Assembly: GCA_035221665.1 (NCBI GenBank)
Contig: CM069154.1
Span: 5,208,001-5,272,000, forward strand
Origin: Okamejei kenojei
Lineage: Eukaryota
Reading direction: 5' to 3'
Length of the DNA: 64,000 bases
Of this stretch, positions 1-11,882 are shown in pieces. The number at the start of each line of letters is the position of its first letter. The stretch's first letter is position 1. A program made the position numbers and the translations under genes. The notes under the pieces are model-generated. The model had not been told where the DNA came from. It made no database searches and saw nothing but the letters and a program-made list of their open reading frames with translations.

Positions 1-324
1 TTTTTCTCAGGAGAGATTACCTCAACTTCTCCAAATGCTAAATTGGACAGTCACTCTGGTGCTTCCTCATTTGAGATGCCCACCTGTTCCCAATGGCTGG
101 CTCTCACAGGTTTTTTCTTTGAATGTGCTAAGATTTAGATTCAACATTTCCCATTGCAGTGCGTGGAGGGAGTGCCGTGTGTCTTTGATGGACACTAAAT
201 GCTGGAGTAACTCAGCGGGTCAGGCGGCATCTCTGGAGAGAAGCAATGGGTGATGTTTCAGGTCGAGACCCTTCTTCAGACCAACAGTCAGCGAGGGAGG
301 AAGTCAAGAGATATGCAAGTGGTA

Positions 325-620
325 AAGCATTTAGCTGATCTGCTGTCAAGTCACTGAGAAAGTTCACCTGGAGATAGTTTGCACCAGAATAGTGGAGCAA
401 ACTCTCTGGTCCAGGGCAAGAGTTACCCCAACACCCAAGATCAACAAGGCCAGCTGTCGGATCATTTTCTACAGGGAGTTAGCTGTGTGCAATTTGGCTG
501 CGCACAGCATCACAACAGTCATTAGTGCAGGAAAGAACAAGTCTGCAAGCACTTTATCTTTAGCAGCTCGTAGCCCAGTAGTCTGCTCTGTGGCTCAAAA
601 TAATTCAAGGTGTTAGTAAA
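325..620 (+). mobile_element. Old Deu-domain SINE remnant (SacSINE1-like); related pieces at about 5250-5590, 6190-6490, 12430-12585 and 13070-13225
   Basis: Recurring degenerate motifs GTACTGAGGGAG..GGAGGTG, GGTTC(A/G)A.TCCCA.TCCAGA and GGGAG(C)TT.CTGTGTGCAA.TTGGCTG resemble my recollection of the DeuSINE consensus. Confidence 0.45.
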
Positions 621-1084
621 TAATTCTGAAGAACAGATCATAAGTTAATTAGTACTAGGAGCAGAATTAGGCCATTTGGCCCATCAAGTCTACTCTCCAC
701 CATTCAATCATGGCTGATCTATCTTTCTGTCTTCTCCCAGGACTCCTAACACCAGTACTGATCAAGAATCGATCTATCTCGGCCTTAGAAATATCTATAG
801 ACAGCCTCCACAGCCTTCTGTAGCAATGAATTCCACAGATTCACCACCTAACTAAAGAAATTCCTCCCCATCTCCTTCCTAAAGGAACGTTCTTTAATTC
901 TGAGGCTGTGACCTCTGATCCTAGACTCTCCGCAAGTGGAAACATCCTCCACCATCCACTCTATCCAGGCCTTTCACTATTTGGTAAGTTTCAGTGAGGT
1001 CCACAAGGCAAGGCAAGCTGCAGATATTCAAGGCAATGGTATATAATTCTAAAGGACAGAGCATTTTGTAAAACAACGATTTAC

Positions 1085-1181
1085 CTGATGTGAGACCAAC
1101 AGCGACAAGAACCAACAGAGCGACTGTTCCCCTGGATCTGGGCCGTTTCTGGTGGGTGAATTCTCCCTGTCCCACCGCCAT
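1085..1181 (-). CDS. Leader (signal peptide) exon of a CD300/pIgR-like receptor gene that continues left of the window
   Basis: ATG at 1181 opens MAVGQGEFTHQKRPRSRGTVALLVLVAVGLTS-G: basic stretch, hydrophobic core, then a phase-1 donor TCAG|GTAAAT at 1085/1084. The phase matches the V exons, and a paralog lies upstream of the V exons at 19137-25614. Confidence 0.7.
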
Positions 1182-1230
1182 GTCTCGGCTGCGTTGGATC
1201 GGTTTGGACCCTGCACTGCGTTTGAGTTGT

Positions 1231-1240
1231 CCTCTTCCTC
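1231..1240 (-). promoter_or_regulatory. Possible ETS/PU.1-type GAGGAAG box about 50 nt upstream of the leader ATG
   Basis: Minus strand GAGGAAGAGG, retained in the paralogous copy near 25665-25673. Short motif, may be chance. Confidence 0.2.
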
Positions 1241-1723
1241 ATTCACAACAGAAGTCAAACAGTCAATTCCCGTTTGCTCAGGAAATGACTTTGCAGTGGT
1301 TCGAGACTAAGTTGGTGACTCACTTGCCACCTCCCCCAGCCTCCTCACCACGGACAATGCACCTATCAGGAGTGGGCTGCAATGCTCTCCTGTTGCCTGG
1401 ATTGGAGTATCTCCTCAAAGCTCTGCTTCATCCTGGTGACGTTTGCCCGCTTGTCAGGCACTCTGTCCACCACCGCAAACATTCCCTTGCCCACCACCTC
1501 AACCCCCTCCCTCAAATGCGGGCACACTGTGTCTGAACATGTATGGGATTAGGAGGCAGAGATCAGCCATGCTTGAATGGCGGAGGAGACTCGATGGGCC
1601 GAATGGCCATATTCTACTCCTGGAACGTGTGAACTTGTGAACTATTTGCCCACCTCAAAATGCGTATCACTAATTTGTCCAGCCTTCCTCAGCTTCTCAT
1701 GGTTTGAAACGTTACCCGGGAGA

Positions 1724-2175
1724 AATAGGGCAATGAGGAAACATTTTTTCACACAGAGTGTTGTGAGTCTCTGGAATTCTCTGCTTCAGAGAGCGGTGGA
1801 TGCCGGTTCTCTGGATACTTTCAAGAGAGAGCTAGATAGGGCTCTTAAAGATAGCGGGCTCTTCCAGATGACTTTCTCATGCACTTACTATCCTATCTAA
1901 CTCTCTCTATTCTTCTTATTCTTCCTCTTCTTAAAATATAAAATAAGGAGTGGTACAGGAAATGTATTATGTTATTTTTGGCTTATATCATTGTAATGTA
2001 CATTACTTCTAATAAAGACATTAAAAAAAAAAAAGATAGCAGAGTCAGGGGATATGGGGAGAAGGCAGGAACGGGGTACTGATTGTGGATGATCAGCCAT
2101 GATCACATTGAATAGTGGTGCTGGCTCGAAGGGCTGAATGGCCTACTCCTGCACCTATTGTCTGTTGTCTATTGT
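1724..2175 (+). mobile_element. CR1/HER1-like LINE 3' end interrupted by a 5'-truncated L1 3' tail (about 1858-2033)
   Basis: CR1 tail (..RKHFFTQSVVSLWNSL..; ends ctattgtctgttgtctattg). The insert ends AATAAA plus poly(A) and is flanked by a duplicated AAAGATAGC. Confidence 0.75.
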
Positions 2176-3352
2176 AAAATGCGATCAGATAAGTCAACTC
2201 ATGTCACCAGATAAACTCCTTGAAAGACAATTCAAATATTTGAGCATCGGAGACCAGGTAAAGCTTAGTTTGAGGATGTGATTCATAAAATCATGGAGTG
2301 ATACAGCACGGAAACAGCTTGCCAATGCCGATGAAAATGCCCCGTGTACGCTAGTCCCTCTTTAGTTTAGTTTCGTTTAGAGATACAATACGGAAACAGG
2401 CCCTCTGGCCCACCGTGTCCGCACCATCCAGTGATCCCCGCACAGACATATGGAGTAACTCAATGGGCCAGGCAGCATCTCCAGAGAACATGGATAGGTG
2501 ACGTTTTGGGTTGTGACCCTTCTTCGGGCTGATTGTAGTAGGGGGGAGAAAGCTGGGAGAGAGGTGGGGGAAGGATGAAGCCTGGCAAGTGATAGGTGGA
2601 TACAGGTGAGGGAGAGAGGGTTATTGGCTGATGGGTGGACGATGGCCAGAGATGGAAAGAAGATAAAAGGCTGTGAGATATGGAGAGAAGAGGCATGAAA
2701 TGTGAAGCTGGAAGAAAGGATATATATATGTGGAAAGGGACGGAGGTTAGGGGAAAGGATTGTTGTGGGTTAGTTACTTAAAACTAGAAAATTCAATGTT
2801 CCCACCATTGGGTTGCAATCTGCCCGAGCGGACTATCAGATATTACTGCATCTGTACTTCCTTGTGTCTTCCTGTTTCTCAACCTATCTTGAAGTGAGTT
2901 GCTAGCATTGTGTTGTCACACTGCTACACTGGTGATGGAGAGGCTTGTTCTGGGTGATATTTGTGGGGTTGGGTTTGCTGTAGGTGGAACTGCAACCACC
3001 CCCAGAGACCCTGGTTCGATTCTGACTTCCGGCGCTATCAGTGTGGAGATTGCACGTTCTCCCTGTGACCGTGTGGGTCTCCTCTGGGTGCTCCGGTTTC
3101 CTCCCACATCCCAAAGACGTGTGGCTCTGTATGTTAATTGGCCCTCTTGTCGAATTGCACTCAATGTGTAGGGAGTGCATGCAAAAGTGGTGTAATGTGG
3201 GACTAGTGTGAACGGGTGATCGATGGTCAGCGTGGACTCGGTGGGCCGAACGGTCTGTTTCCATGCTGTATCTCTAACCAGCATGTGATTCCATGCCAAA
3301 TTCTAACTGACAATGGTGCTGTGAAGAACCTTGAGACTTTTCCATCACCTTT

Positions 3353-4620
3353 AAGGCACTGTTGAAATGCAAGTTATTGTTGCATTATTGCAAATAATTG
3401 CTCAAAAAACCTTTAGTCAGAGGGTGATGAATCTGGGGAATTCAATAGAGAATAGACAATAGGTGCAATAGTAGGCCATTCGGCCCCGGAGTGGACTTGA
3501 TGGGCCGAATGGCCTAATTCTACACCTATCATCTATGACCTTTTTACACGGCAATTTAATTGGTAATAAAGTTAAACGTTCACATTCTGGAGAGCCAGCT
3601 TTCAGTTCTAATCTATGTACTGCTGTCTTTTGGGTGAATGTCAGGATGTACAGAAGTGTCTGCAAACATTGGTGCCTTTTTGAGGTAGTGACTCCGATAA
3701 ATAAAAAGTTTGGAGCTTAGTTCCAGAGGTCACCCCTCACCCTGCCACTATGTCCTACAGTGGTATAGGACAGGCAGCACACCCTCCCCATTGACGAACA
3801 AGGAGCCTCTGTGTGGAGATACAGATAAGGCACTGCTGAAATGCAAGTTGTTGTTACATTATTGCAAATAATTGCTCAAAAAACCTTTAGTCAGAGGGTG
3901 ATGAATCTGGGGAATTCAATAGAGATTAGACAATAGGTGCATGAGTAGGCCATTCGGCCCTTTGCGCCAGCACCGCCATTCAATGTGATCATGGCTGATC
4001 ATCCCCAATCAGTACCCCGTTCCTGCCTTCTCCCCAGATCCCCTGACTCCGCTATCTTTAAGAGCCCTATCTATCTGTCTCTTGAAAGTATCCAGAGAAT
4101 GTCTGTGGATATTTTTAAGGCAGAGATAGATGGACTTAATTAGTACAGGTGTCAGAGGTTCTGGGGAGAGGCCGAAAAATTGGGTTAGGAGGGAGAGATG
4201 GATCAGCCATGATTGAATGGCGGAGTAGACATGAAGGGCCGATTGGCTTAATTCGACACCTATCACCTATGACCTTATGACAAAAATTCAGCCATCTTCA
4301 TTTATGTTGGATTACTTTCATCATTATTCAATGTGCAGCGTTTTACACGGCAATCCAATAGGTAATAAAGTTAAAAGTTCACATTCTGGAGAGCCAGCTT
4401 TGAGTTCTAGTCTACATACTGCTGTCTTTTGGGTGAATGTCAGGATGTACAGAAGTGTCTGCAAACATTGGTGCCTTTTTGAGGCAGCTACTCTGATAAA
4501 TAAAAAGTTTGGAGCTGAGTTCCAGAGGTCACCCCTCACCCTGCCACTATGTCCTACAGTGGTATAGGACAGGCAGCACACCCTCCCCACTGACGATCAA
4601 GGAGCCTCTGTGTGGAGATA
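3353..4620. repeat. Local tandem duplication (3353-3827 and 3828-4620); partial further copies near 6920-7140 and 26315-26350
   Basis: Both units start aaggcactg(t/c)tgaaatgcaag and share a ~270-bp block ending ggagcctctgtgtggagata. Confidence 0.85.
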
Positions 4621-7546
4621 GATGATCAGATCAATCCAGGTCATGTTCATAAGTTATAAGAGCTGAATTAGGACATTCGGCCCATCAAGTCCACTCCGCC
4701 ATTCATTCAATCATGGCTGATCTAACTTTCCCTCTCGACCCTATTCTCCTGCCTTCTCCCCATAACCCCTGACACCGATACTAATCAAGAATCTATCAAT
4801 CTCCACCTTAAAAATATCCATTGACTTTGCCTCCACATCCCTCTGTCGCAATGATTTCCACTTGATTCACCACCTTCTGACTAAGGAAATTCAATCTCAT
4901 CTCCTTTCTCAAAGTATGTCCTTTTATTCTGAGGTTAGTGCACAGATTCATCACCCTCTCTCTCGAGGGTGTCTTGGGTGACTTTCCCAGGCTAACTGAG
5001 CCACACCAAGGGCCAGCGTAGACATCCAGCGAAAGGTCAGTCTGTGGCAGGGTGTGGTGGAGATGCCCCTCTAAATAAGGGAAGGTATTCCACGCCAGTG
5101 GTCCACATGAGTGGCGAGGTGTGGGGTAAATTTGTGTAATTTGTGTAAACAGTATTGAATGTATGTTTCGCCTCCGAGAACGTCGGATGGAGTTTTGTTA
5201 GGATCATGTATTGTATATATTTATTCCTCGAATAAAGTATATTTTGAAATTCAAACAAGAAACGGAGTCAGAGAGTTGTTGGTTCAACTCCCACTCCTGA
5301 AGCCCGAGGACTGAGGGAGTGCGGTACTGAGGGAGCTCGCCACGGCTGGAGGTGAAGTCACTTTGCCGAGGCATTTAGCTGATCTGCTGTCTGCTCTGTG
5401 GCTAAACATAATTCAAGGCGCTAAGTAAATAATTCTAAAGAACAGAGCATTTTATAATGGTTCGCACCAGAATAGTGGAGGATCTCCTTGTTCTGGGGCA
5501 AGAGGTATCCCATCAACCAAGGACACCAAAGTAATCTGTAGGATAGTTGTTGTTTTTTAAAGGGAGCTTGTTGTGTAGTAAAATTAGATGCACACAAGAC
5601 TGCAAGGGCGGAAATGTCGAAATAAGGAACTGCAAATGCTGGTTTATACCAAAGATAGGCACAAAGTGCTGGAGCATCTCAGGGGGTCAAGCAGCTTCTC
5701 TGGAGGATGGGTACCATTTCGGGATGGGACCCTTCAGAGTGGTTCTGACCTCCGAACTACCCCATTCGAGACCTTGGAACTATCTTTAATCGGATTTTAC
5801 TAGACTGTATCTTGCACTGAACATTATTCCCTTTATTCCGTACCGGTACCCTGTGGATGGCTTGATTGTAATCGTGTACAGTGTTTTCACTGACTGGATC
5901 GCGTAGAGCAGAAAAGCTTTTCACTCCACCTCAGTACACGTGACTATAATAGGTTAAACTAAAGAGGTTGCCACAGATTCCTTGAATGCAAACATGACAA
6001 GTCATCGTGGTGCTTCCTCATTTCAGAAGCGGTTGGGTTTCACAAGCTTCTTCTATGTGTGACCTGTGGTCTAGGTTCAACATTTCCCACGCTGTTTCTA
6101 GCAGGAGTCCTGTGTGAGTTTACCACGCTAACCGAGCCACACCAAAGCCCAGTGTTGGGTTCTACAGTGCAAGCTCAGTGGGTGAGTTAGAGAGATGTTG
6201 GTTCAGTTCCCACTCCAGAACGCCGAGCACAGAGGGAGAGCTGTACTGAGGGAGCTCCGCATTGGAAACATAGAAGCATAGAAAATAGGCGCTGGAGTAG
6301 GCCATTCGGCCCTTCGAACCAGCACCGCAATATGATCTTGACTGATCAACCTAAATCAGTATCCAGTTCCTGCTTTCTCCCCATATCCCTTGATTCTGTT
6401 TTATCCTAAGCGCTGTGTCTAAAGTTGCTGGAGGTGCTGTCACTGTGATGAGGCATTTAACTGGCCTGCTGCTCTGCTGTCTGCTCTCTCCAGCCTGCTC
6501 TCTCTCTTCAGTGTGGCACGGTGCTGCAGCGGTTAGCTGCTGCCTCACAGCGCCAGAGACCCGGGTTCGATCCTGACTACGGGTGCTGTCTGCGTGGAGT
6601 TTGAACGTTCTCAATGTGACCTCGTGGGTTTCCTCCAGCTGCTCCGGCTTCCTCCCACATCCCTAATACATGCGAGTTTGTAGGTTAAATACCTCTGCAA
6701 GATTGTCGCAAATGTGCAGGGAATGGATGAGAAAGTGGGATAACAGAACTAGTGTGTACAGGTAGACAAAAATGCTGGAGAAACTCAGGGTTTTTATCTA
6801 CCTTCGCTTTTCCAGCATCTGCAGTTCCTTCTTAAACACAGTGTGTACAGGTGATCAATGGTCAGCGTGGACTCGGTGGGCCAATGGGCCTGTTTCCATG
6901 CAGTATCTCTAAACCAAACTAATTCTACTCTTATCACTTATGGTCTTATGACAAAAATTCAGCCATCTTTTATTACATTGGATTATTTTAATCATTATTC
7001 AATATGCAGGGTTTTACACAGCAATTCAATTGGTAGTAAAGTTAAAAGTTCACATTCTGGAGAGCTAGCTTTGAGTTCTAATCTATGTACTGCTGTCTTT
7101 TGGGCGAATGTCAGGATGTACAGACGTGTCTGCAAACATAGGTACAGAAGTTAACCATTTGCTCCATCGAGTCTACTTCGCTATTCTTCTAACGTGTGTC
7201 CACAGTTCAATACTTGTAATCATTTAACCGTTTTTATATCCCCATTGCTCAATGGTTCAATGGTACTTTAGCGGCACCCGATCCACCGGCTGCTGCAGGG
7301 CCTCCAGCAGCCCACTCGCACTCCGCCCACACCTCGACCCACCAACGCACCCTTTTCCCCTCGTCTCCCATGGCTGTCTCCATGCGAGGTGAGGCCCCAC
7401 CCAACCAGCTCACCGACGCTGATCCTCTCCTCCCTCCACCACTGCTGACCCCATCTCCAAGGTCTAGGTTGTTTTTTTCCTTGAATAACAATTAAAACAC
7501 AGTTTATAATCACTTCCATCAAATTTTACCCAAGGAAATGACCCAG

Positions 7547-7822
7547 GGCGGCACAGTGGCGCAGCGGTAGAGTTGCTGCCTTACAGCGCCAGAGACCCGG
7601 GTTTGATCATGACTACGGGTGCTGTCTGTACGGAGTTTGTATGTTCGGCCTGTGACAGCGTGGGTTTTATCCGGGTGCTCCGGTTTCCTCCCACAATCTA
7701 AAGACGTGTAGTTTTGTAGGTTAACTGGCCTCTGTATAATCGTAAATTGTCCCTCGTGTGTATGACAGTGCGAGTGTACGGGGTGATCATTGGTCGGCGC
7801 GGACTTGGTTGGCTGTAGGGCC
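7547..7822 (+). mobile_element. HE1-like tRNA-derived V-SINE (representative; other copies near 2990, 6515, 12590, 17870, 27497, 41797, 49810 minus, 51770, 53262, 54425, 57360 minus, 62460)
   Basis: GGCGGCACAGTGGCGCAGCGGTAGAG..GGTT(C/T)GATC A/B boxes, conserved central domain; intact copies end in a ctaaa-type tail. Confidence 0.85.
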
Positions 7823-7824
7823 TA

Positions 7825-9485
7825 CAGTGCCCTCCATAATGTTTGGGACAAAGACCCATCATTTATTTTATTTTCCTCTGTACTCCACTTTTTGAGATTT
7901 GTAATAGAAAAAATCACATGTGATTAAAGTGCACATTGTCAAATTTTAATAAAGGCCATTTTTACACATTTTGGTTGCACCATGTAGAAATTACAGCAGT
8001 GTTTATTCATAGTCCCCCCATTTCAGGGCACCATAATGTTTGGGACACAGCAATGTCATGTAAATGAAAGTAGTCATGTTTACAATTTTGTTGAAAATCC
8101 TTTACATGCAATGACTGCTTGAAGTCTGCGATTCATGGACATCACCAGTTACTGGGTGTCTTCTCTGGTGATGCTCTGCCTGGCCTGTATTGCAGCCATC
8201 TTTAGTTTATGCTTGTTTTGGGGCGAGTCACCTTCAGTTTTCTCTTCAGCATATAAAAGGCATGCTCAATTGGGTTCAGAATGACTTGGCCACTCAAGAA
8301 TTGACCATTTTTTCACTTTGAAAAATCCTTTGTTGCTTTTGCAATATGTTTGGAATCATTGTCTTACTGTAGAATGAAGTGCCGGCCTATGGGTTTTGAG
8401 GCATTTGTTTGAACTTGAGCAGATAGAATGTGTCTATACACTTCAGAATTCATTATGCTACCACCATCAGCAGTTGTATCATCAATGAAGATAAGCGAGC
8501 CAGTACCTTCAGCAGCCATACATGCCCAGGCCATAACACCCCCACCACCGTGTTTCACAGATGAGGTGGTATGATTTGGATCTTGGGCAGTTCCTTCTCT
8601 TCTCCATACTTTCCTCTTGCTATTAATCTGATATGTTAATCTTCGTCTCATCTGTCCACAAGATCGTTTTTCCAGAACTGTGGTTGCTCTTTTAAGTACT
8701 TTGTGGCAAACTGTAAACTGGCCATCCTATTTTTGCGACTAACCAGTGGTTTGCATCTTGCAGTGTAGCCTCTGTATTTCTGTTCATGAAGTCTTCTTCG
8801 GACAGTCGTCATTGACAAATCCACACCTGACTCCTGAAGAATGTGTCTGATCTGTCGGACAGGGTGTTTGGGGGATTTTCTTTATTATAGAGAGAATTCT
8901 TCTGTCATCTGTAGAGAATTCCTCTGTCATCTGTAGAGAGGTCGTCCTTGGTCTTCCAGTCCCTTTACGATTAGTAAGCTCACAAGTGCTCTCTTTCTTC
9001 TTAATGATGTTCCAAACAGTTGATTTCGGTAAGCCTAATGTTTGGCTGGTTTCTAACAGTTTTTTTCTTGTTTCTCCGTCTCATAATAGCTTCTTTGACT
9101 TTCATTGGCACAACTTTGATCCTCGTGTTGATAAACAGCAATAAAAGTTTCCAAAGGTGATGGAAAGGCTGCAGGAAAGACTAGGTGCTGAGAGCTTTCT
9201 TATACCTGCATTAAGGAGGCAATTAAACACACCTGAGCAATTACAAACACCTGTAAAGCCATGAGTCCAAAACATTATGGTGCCCTGAAATGGGGGGACT
9301 ATGTAAAAACACAGCTGTAATTTCTACATGGTGAAACCAAAATGTATAAAAATACCCTTTAATATAATCTGACAATGTGCACTTTAACCACCTGTGATTT
9401 TTTATCTTACCAATCTCAAATTGTGGAATACAGATGCAAATAAATAAATGAAGCGTCTTTGTCCCAAACATTATGGAGAGCACTG
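7825..9485 (-). mobile_element. Decayed Tc1/mariner transposon, IR/DR (Sleeping Beauty-like) type
   Basis: TA|CAGTGCCCTCCATAATGTTTGGGAC ... GTCCCAAACATTATGGAGAGCACTG ends; ~230-bp TIRs with an internal repeat of CCATAATGTTTGGGACA; transposase fragment VKHGGGGVMAWACM..FILQ at 8364-8651. Confidence 0.92.
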
Positions 9486-9583
9486 TTTGTCCACACTTTA
9501 TCTTCATAATTCTAAAGTAAATTCCCATCACTCCCAATTGAATTTAATGTGAACACCAAAGTGAAGAGATTGCAAGCTTTTAC

Positions 9584-9690
9584 CTTTTAAAGTTGTCACA
9601 CAGCAGGTGGAAACTGGGAAGAGAAGCAGAACTCGAAAAAGTACCCAGCGTAACACACTCCAAACACGGCGAACATTCAACACGATGACC
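9584..9690 (-). CDS. Putative transmembrane exon with intramembrane Arg (activating-receptor type)
   Basis: Acceptor TTTCCAG|G, donor AAAG|GTAAAA; encodes VIVLNVRRVWSVLRWVLFRVLLLFPVSTCCVTTLK; lies downstream of the V exons on the same strand. Confidence 0.6.
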
Positions 9691-9885
9691 CTGGAAATCC
9701 AAGGAAATATTATTACAGAGTTATCGAAGATTAACACTGGGAATTTTGTTTCATCATATTGCACACGGAATCATTCAGTGTGATCCAAGGTTGTGGCGTA
9801 GACATTGGTGAGATGTTTATATCGCAACATGCACCCATTCCTTGGAGGTGTTCCATGACTACATACATTAACAACTTAGATTAGA

Positions 9886-11882
9886 TTAACAACAAGAAGG
9901 CAGCAACTGACAGTCAACACACCAACCTGGAGGAGTATTCTGCGTCTGCGTCTGCTTACATGGAAAAGTGTGTCACCAAGACCATCACTATACAGGCCAA
10001 CCAGAAACCCTGGATGACCCCTGAGGTACGTGGAATGCTGAGAGCACGAAATGCCGCGTTTAAATCCGGTGACTTGTTGGCACTCAGATCCGCAAGAGCC
10101 AACCTGAACCGAGTCATCAGGCTGGCAAAGCGTGCCCATGGTCAGAAAATCCAGAGCTTCTTTCATGACCCAATGAACGCCAGGCGCATGTGGCAGGGAA
10201 TCAAAACAATCACGGACTATAAGACTGCTCCACCACCCTGTGAAGACAACATTAACTTCCTCAATGAACATAATATATATTTTGGACGGTTCGAGGCATT
10301 CAACAACACTCCTGCGAGAAAAGGTATTCCTCACTGTGATGAACAGGCACTCACTCTTGATACAGTGGATGTCCGGAGGACCCTAAAAGGAGTGAACACA
10401 CGGAAGGCAGCATGCCCTGATAACATACCACGTCGGGTGCTCAGAGAATGTGCTGATCAGCTGGCACATGTCCTTACTGACATCTTCAACACCTCGCTGA
10501 ACCAGGCTGTCGTCCCATCATGTTTCAAGACTGCCACCATCATACCAGTGCCAAAACAATCCGCAGTAACATGTCTCAACGATTACCGCCTGTAGCACTC
10601 ACTCACATAATGATGAAGTGCTTCGAGAGGCTGGTCAGGGACCATATTACCTCCAGACTTCCCTCCACACTTGACCAATACCAGTTTGCTTACAGGCCAA
10701 ACTGCTCCACAGAGGACGGCATATCCTCCGTACTCCATCTGAGCCTGGAACATCTAGAGGAGAAGAACACACATGTGCGAATGCTGTTCGTGGACTTTAG
10801 TTCAGCATTCAATACAATTATCCCTCAGCACCTGGTAAGCAAACTGGGTCCATTGGGCCTCAGCACCCCCTTGTGTAACTGGCTACTGGACTTCCTCACT
10901 GACAGACCCCAGTCAGTGAGGGTTGGAAACACTTCTAACATCATCTCACTGAGCACCGGCTCCCCTCAGGGCTGTGTCCTGAGTCCACTGCTGTTTACCC
11001 TGATGACCCACGACTGTTGTGCCAGGTTTAGTACAAACCACATCATGAAGTACGCAGATGACACAACAGTGGTGGGCCTTATCCGGGACGACAATGAACT
11101 GGCTTACAGGGAGGAGGTGAAACAACTGGTGGACTGGTGCAATATGAACAATTTGATCCTGAATGTTGAAAAAACAAAGGAGGTCAACTTCAGGAAAACC
11201 GGTCACATACCACTTCACATTAATGACAGCGATGTGGAGTTGGTCTGTAGCACTAAGTTCCTGGGGGTGCAGATCACTAACAGTCTGAACTGGTCAGAAA
11301 ACATCGCATCATTAGTTAAGAGAGCACAGCAGCGTTTGCACTTTCTGCGCCGGATGAGAAGAGCTCACCTCCCCCATCCCGTCCTCACTACCTTCGACAG
11401 GGGCACCATAGCGAGCATTCTGACCAGCTGCATCTCTGTCTGGTTTGGGGCCTGTAAAGCCTCCGACTGGATGTCCATGCAGAGAGTGATGAGGACGGCT
11501 GAAAAAGTTATCGGGACTTCTCTCCCCTCAATCGGGGACATTGCGAGTAAACGTTGCTTGTCTAAGGCCAGCAGTATTATAAAGGAGCCCACACATCTCC
11601 ATCATGTTCACTCTGCTGCCCTCGGGCAAATGATATTGTAGCATAAGGAGCAGAACGGCCAGGTTTTGCAACAGCTTCTTCCCCCGAGCCATCAGACTCT
11701 TGAATGCCATGTGATAGGCTGCCACCATTATCTATTTTATCTTTTTATCCATTTTATTCATTTTATCCTTCTGTTATTTTTGTGTTGCACAGGGAGCCAG
11801 ATGCATCAAAATTCTGTCTAGAATTGCATTTACTGATGTATTTCTGAATTACAATAAAGTTTTGATTGATTGATTGATTGAT
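9886..11882 (+). mobile_element. 5'-truncated Rex1/Babar-like non-LTR retrotransposon
   Basis: ORFs 9960-10595 and 10520-11641 (one frameshift): [38 protein letters not shown]; ends AATAAA plus (GATT)n. Confidence 0.9.

Larger units (their letters stand above)
1..1730. repeat. Segmental duplication arm A1 (leader exon with flanks), paralogous to 18864-19172 plus 25539-26150
   Basis: 1060-1710 aligns nearly base for base with 19110-19172 plus 25541-26130, and 1-100 aligns with 18864-18975. Confidence 0.9.
7050..9868. repeat. Segmental duplication arm B1 (SINE, Tc1 and TM exon), paralogous to about 26320-28874 plus 35227-36155
   Basis: Same V-SINE, same Tc1 insertion site and same TM exon in both arms. 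Confidence 0.9.

Noticed and set aside
1090-1536. 148-aa plus-strand ORF and its 110-aa paralog at 25613-25945
   Set aside because: Antisense to the leader and its upstream region, no recognisable domain, and the similarity is explained by the segmental duplication.
7547-7620. tRNA-like A/B box sequences at many positions
   Set aside because: They are SINE heads followed by SINE body and tail, not tRNA genes.
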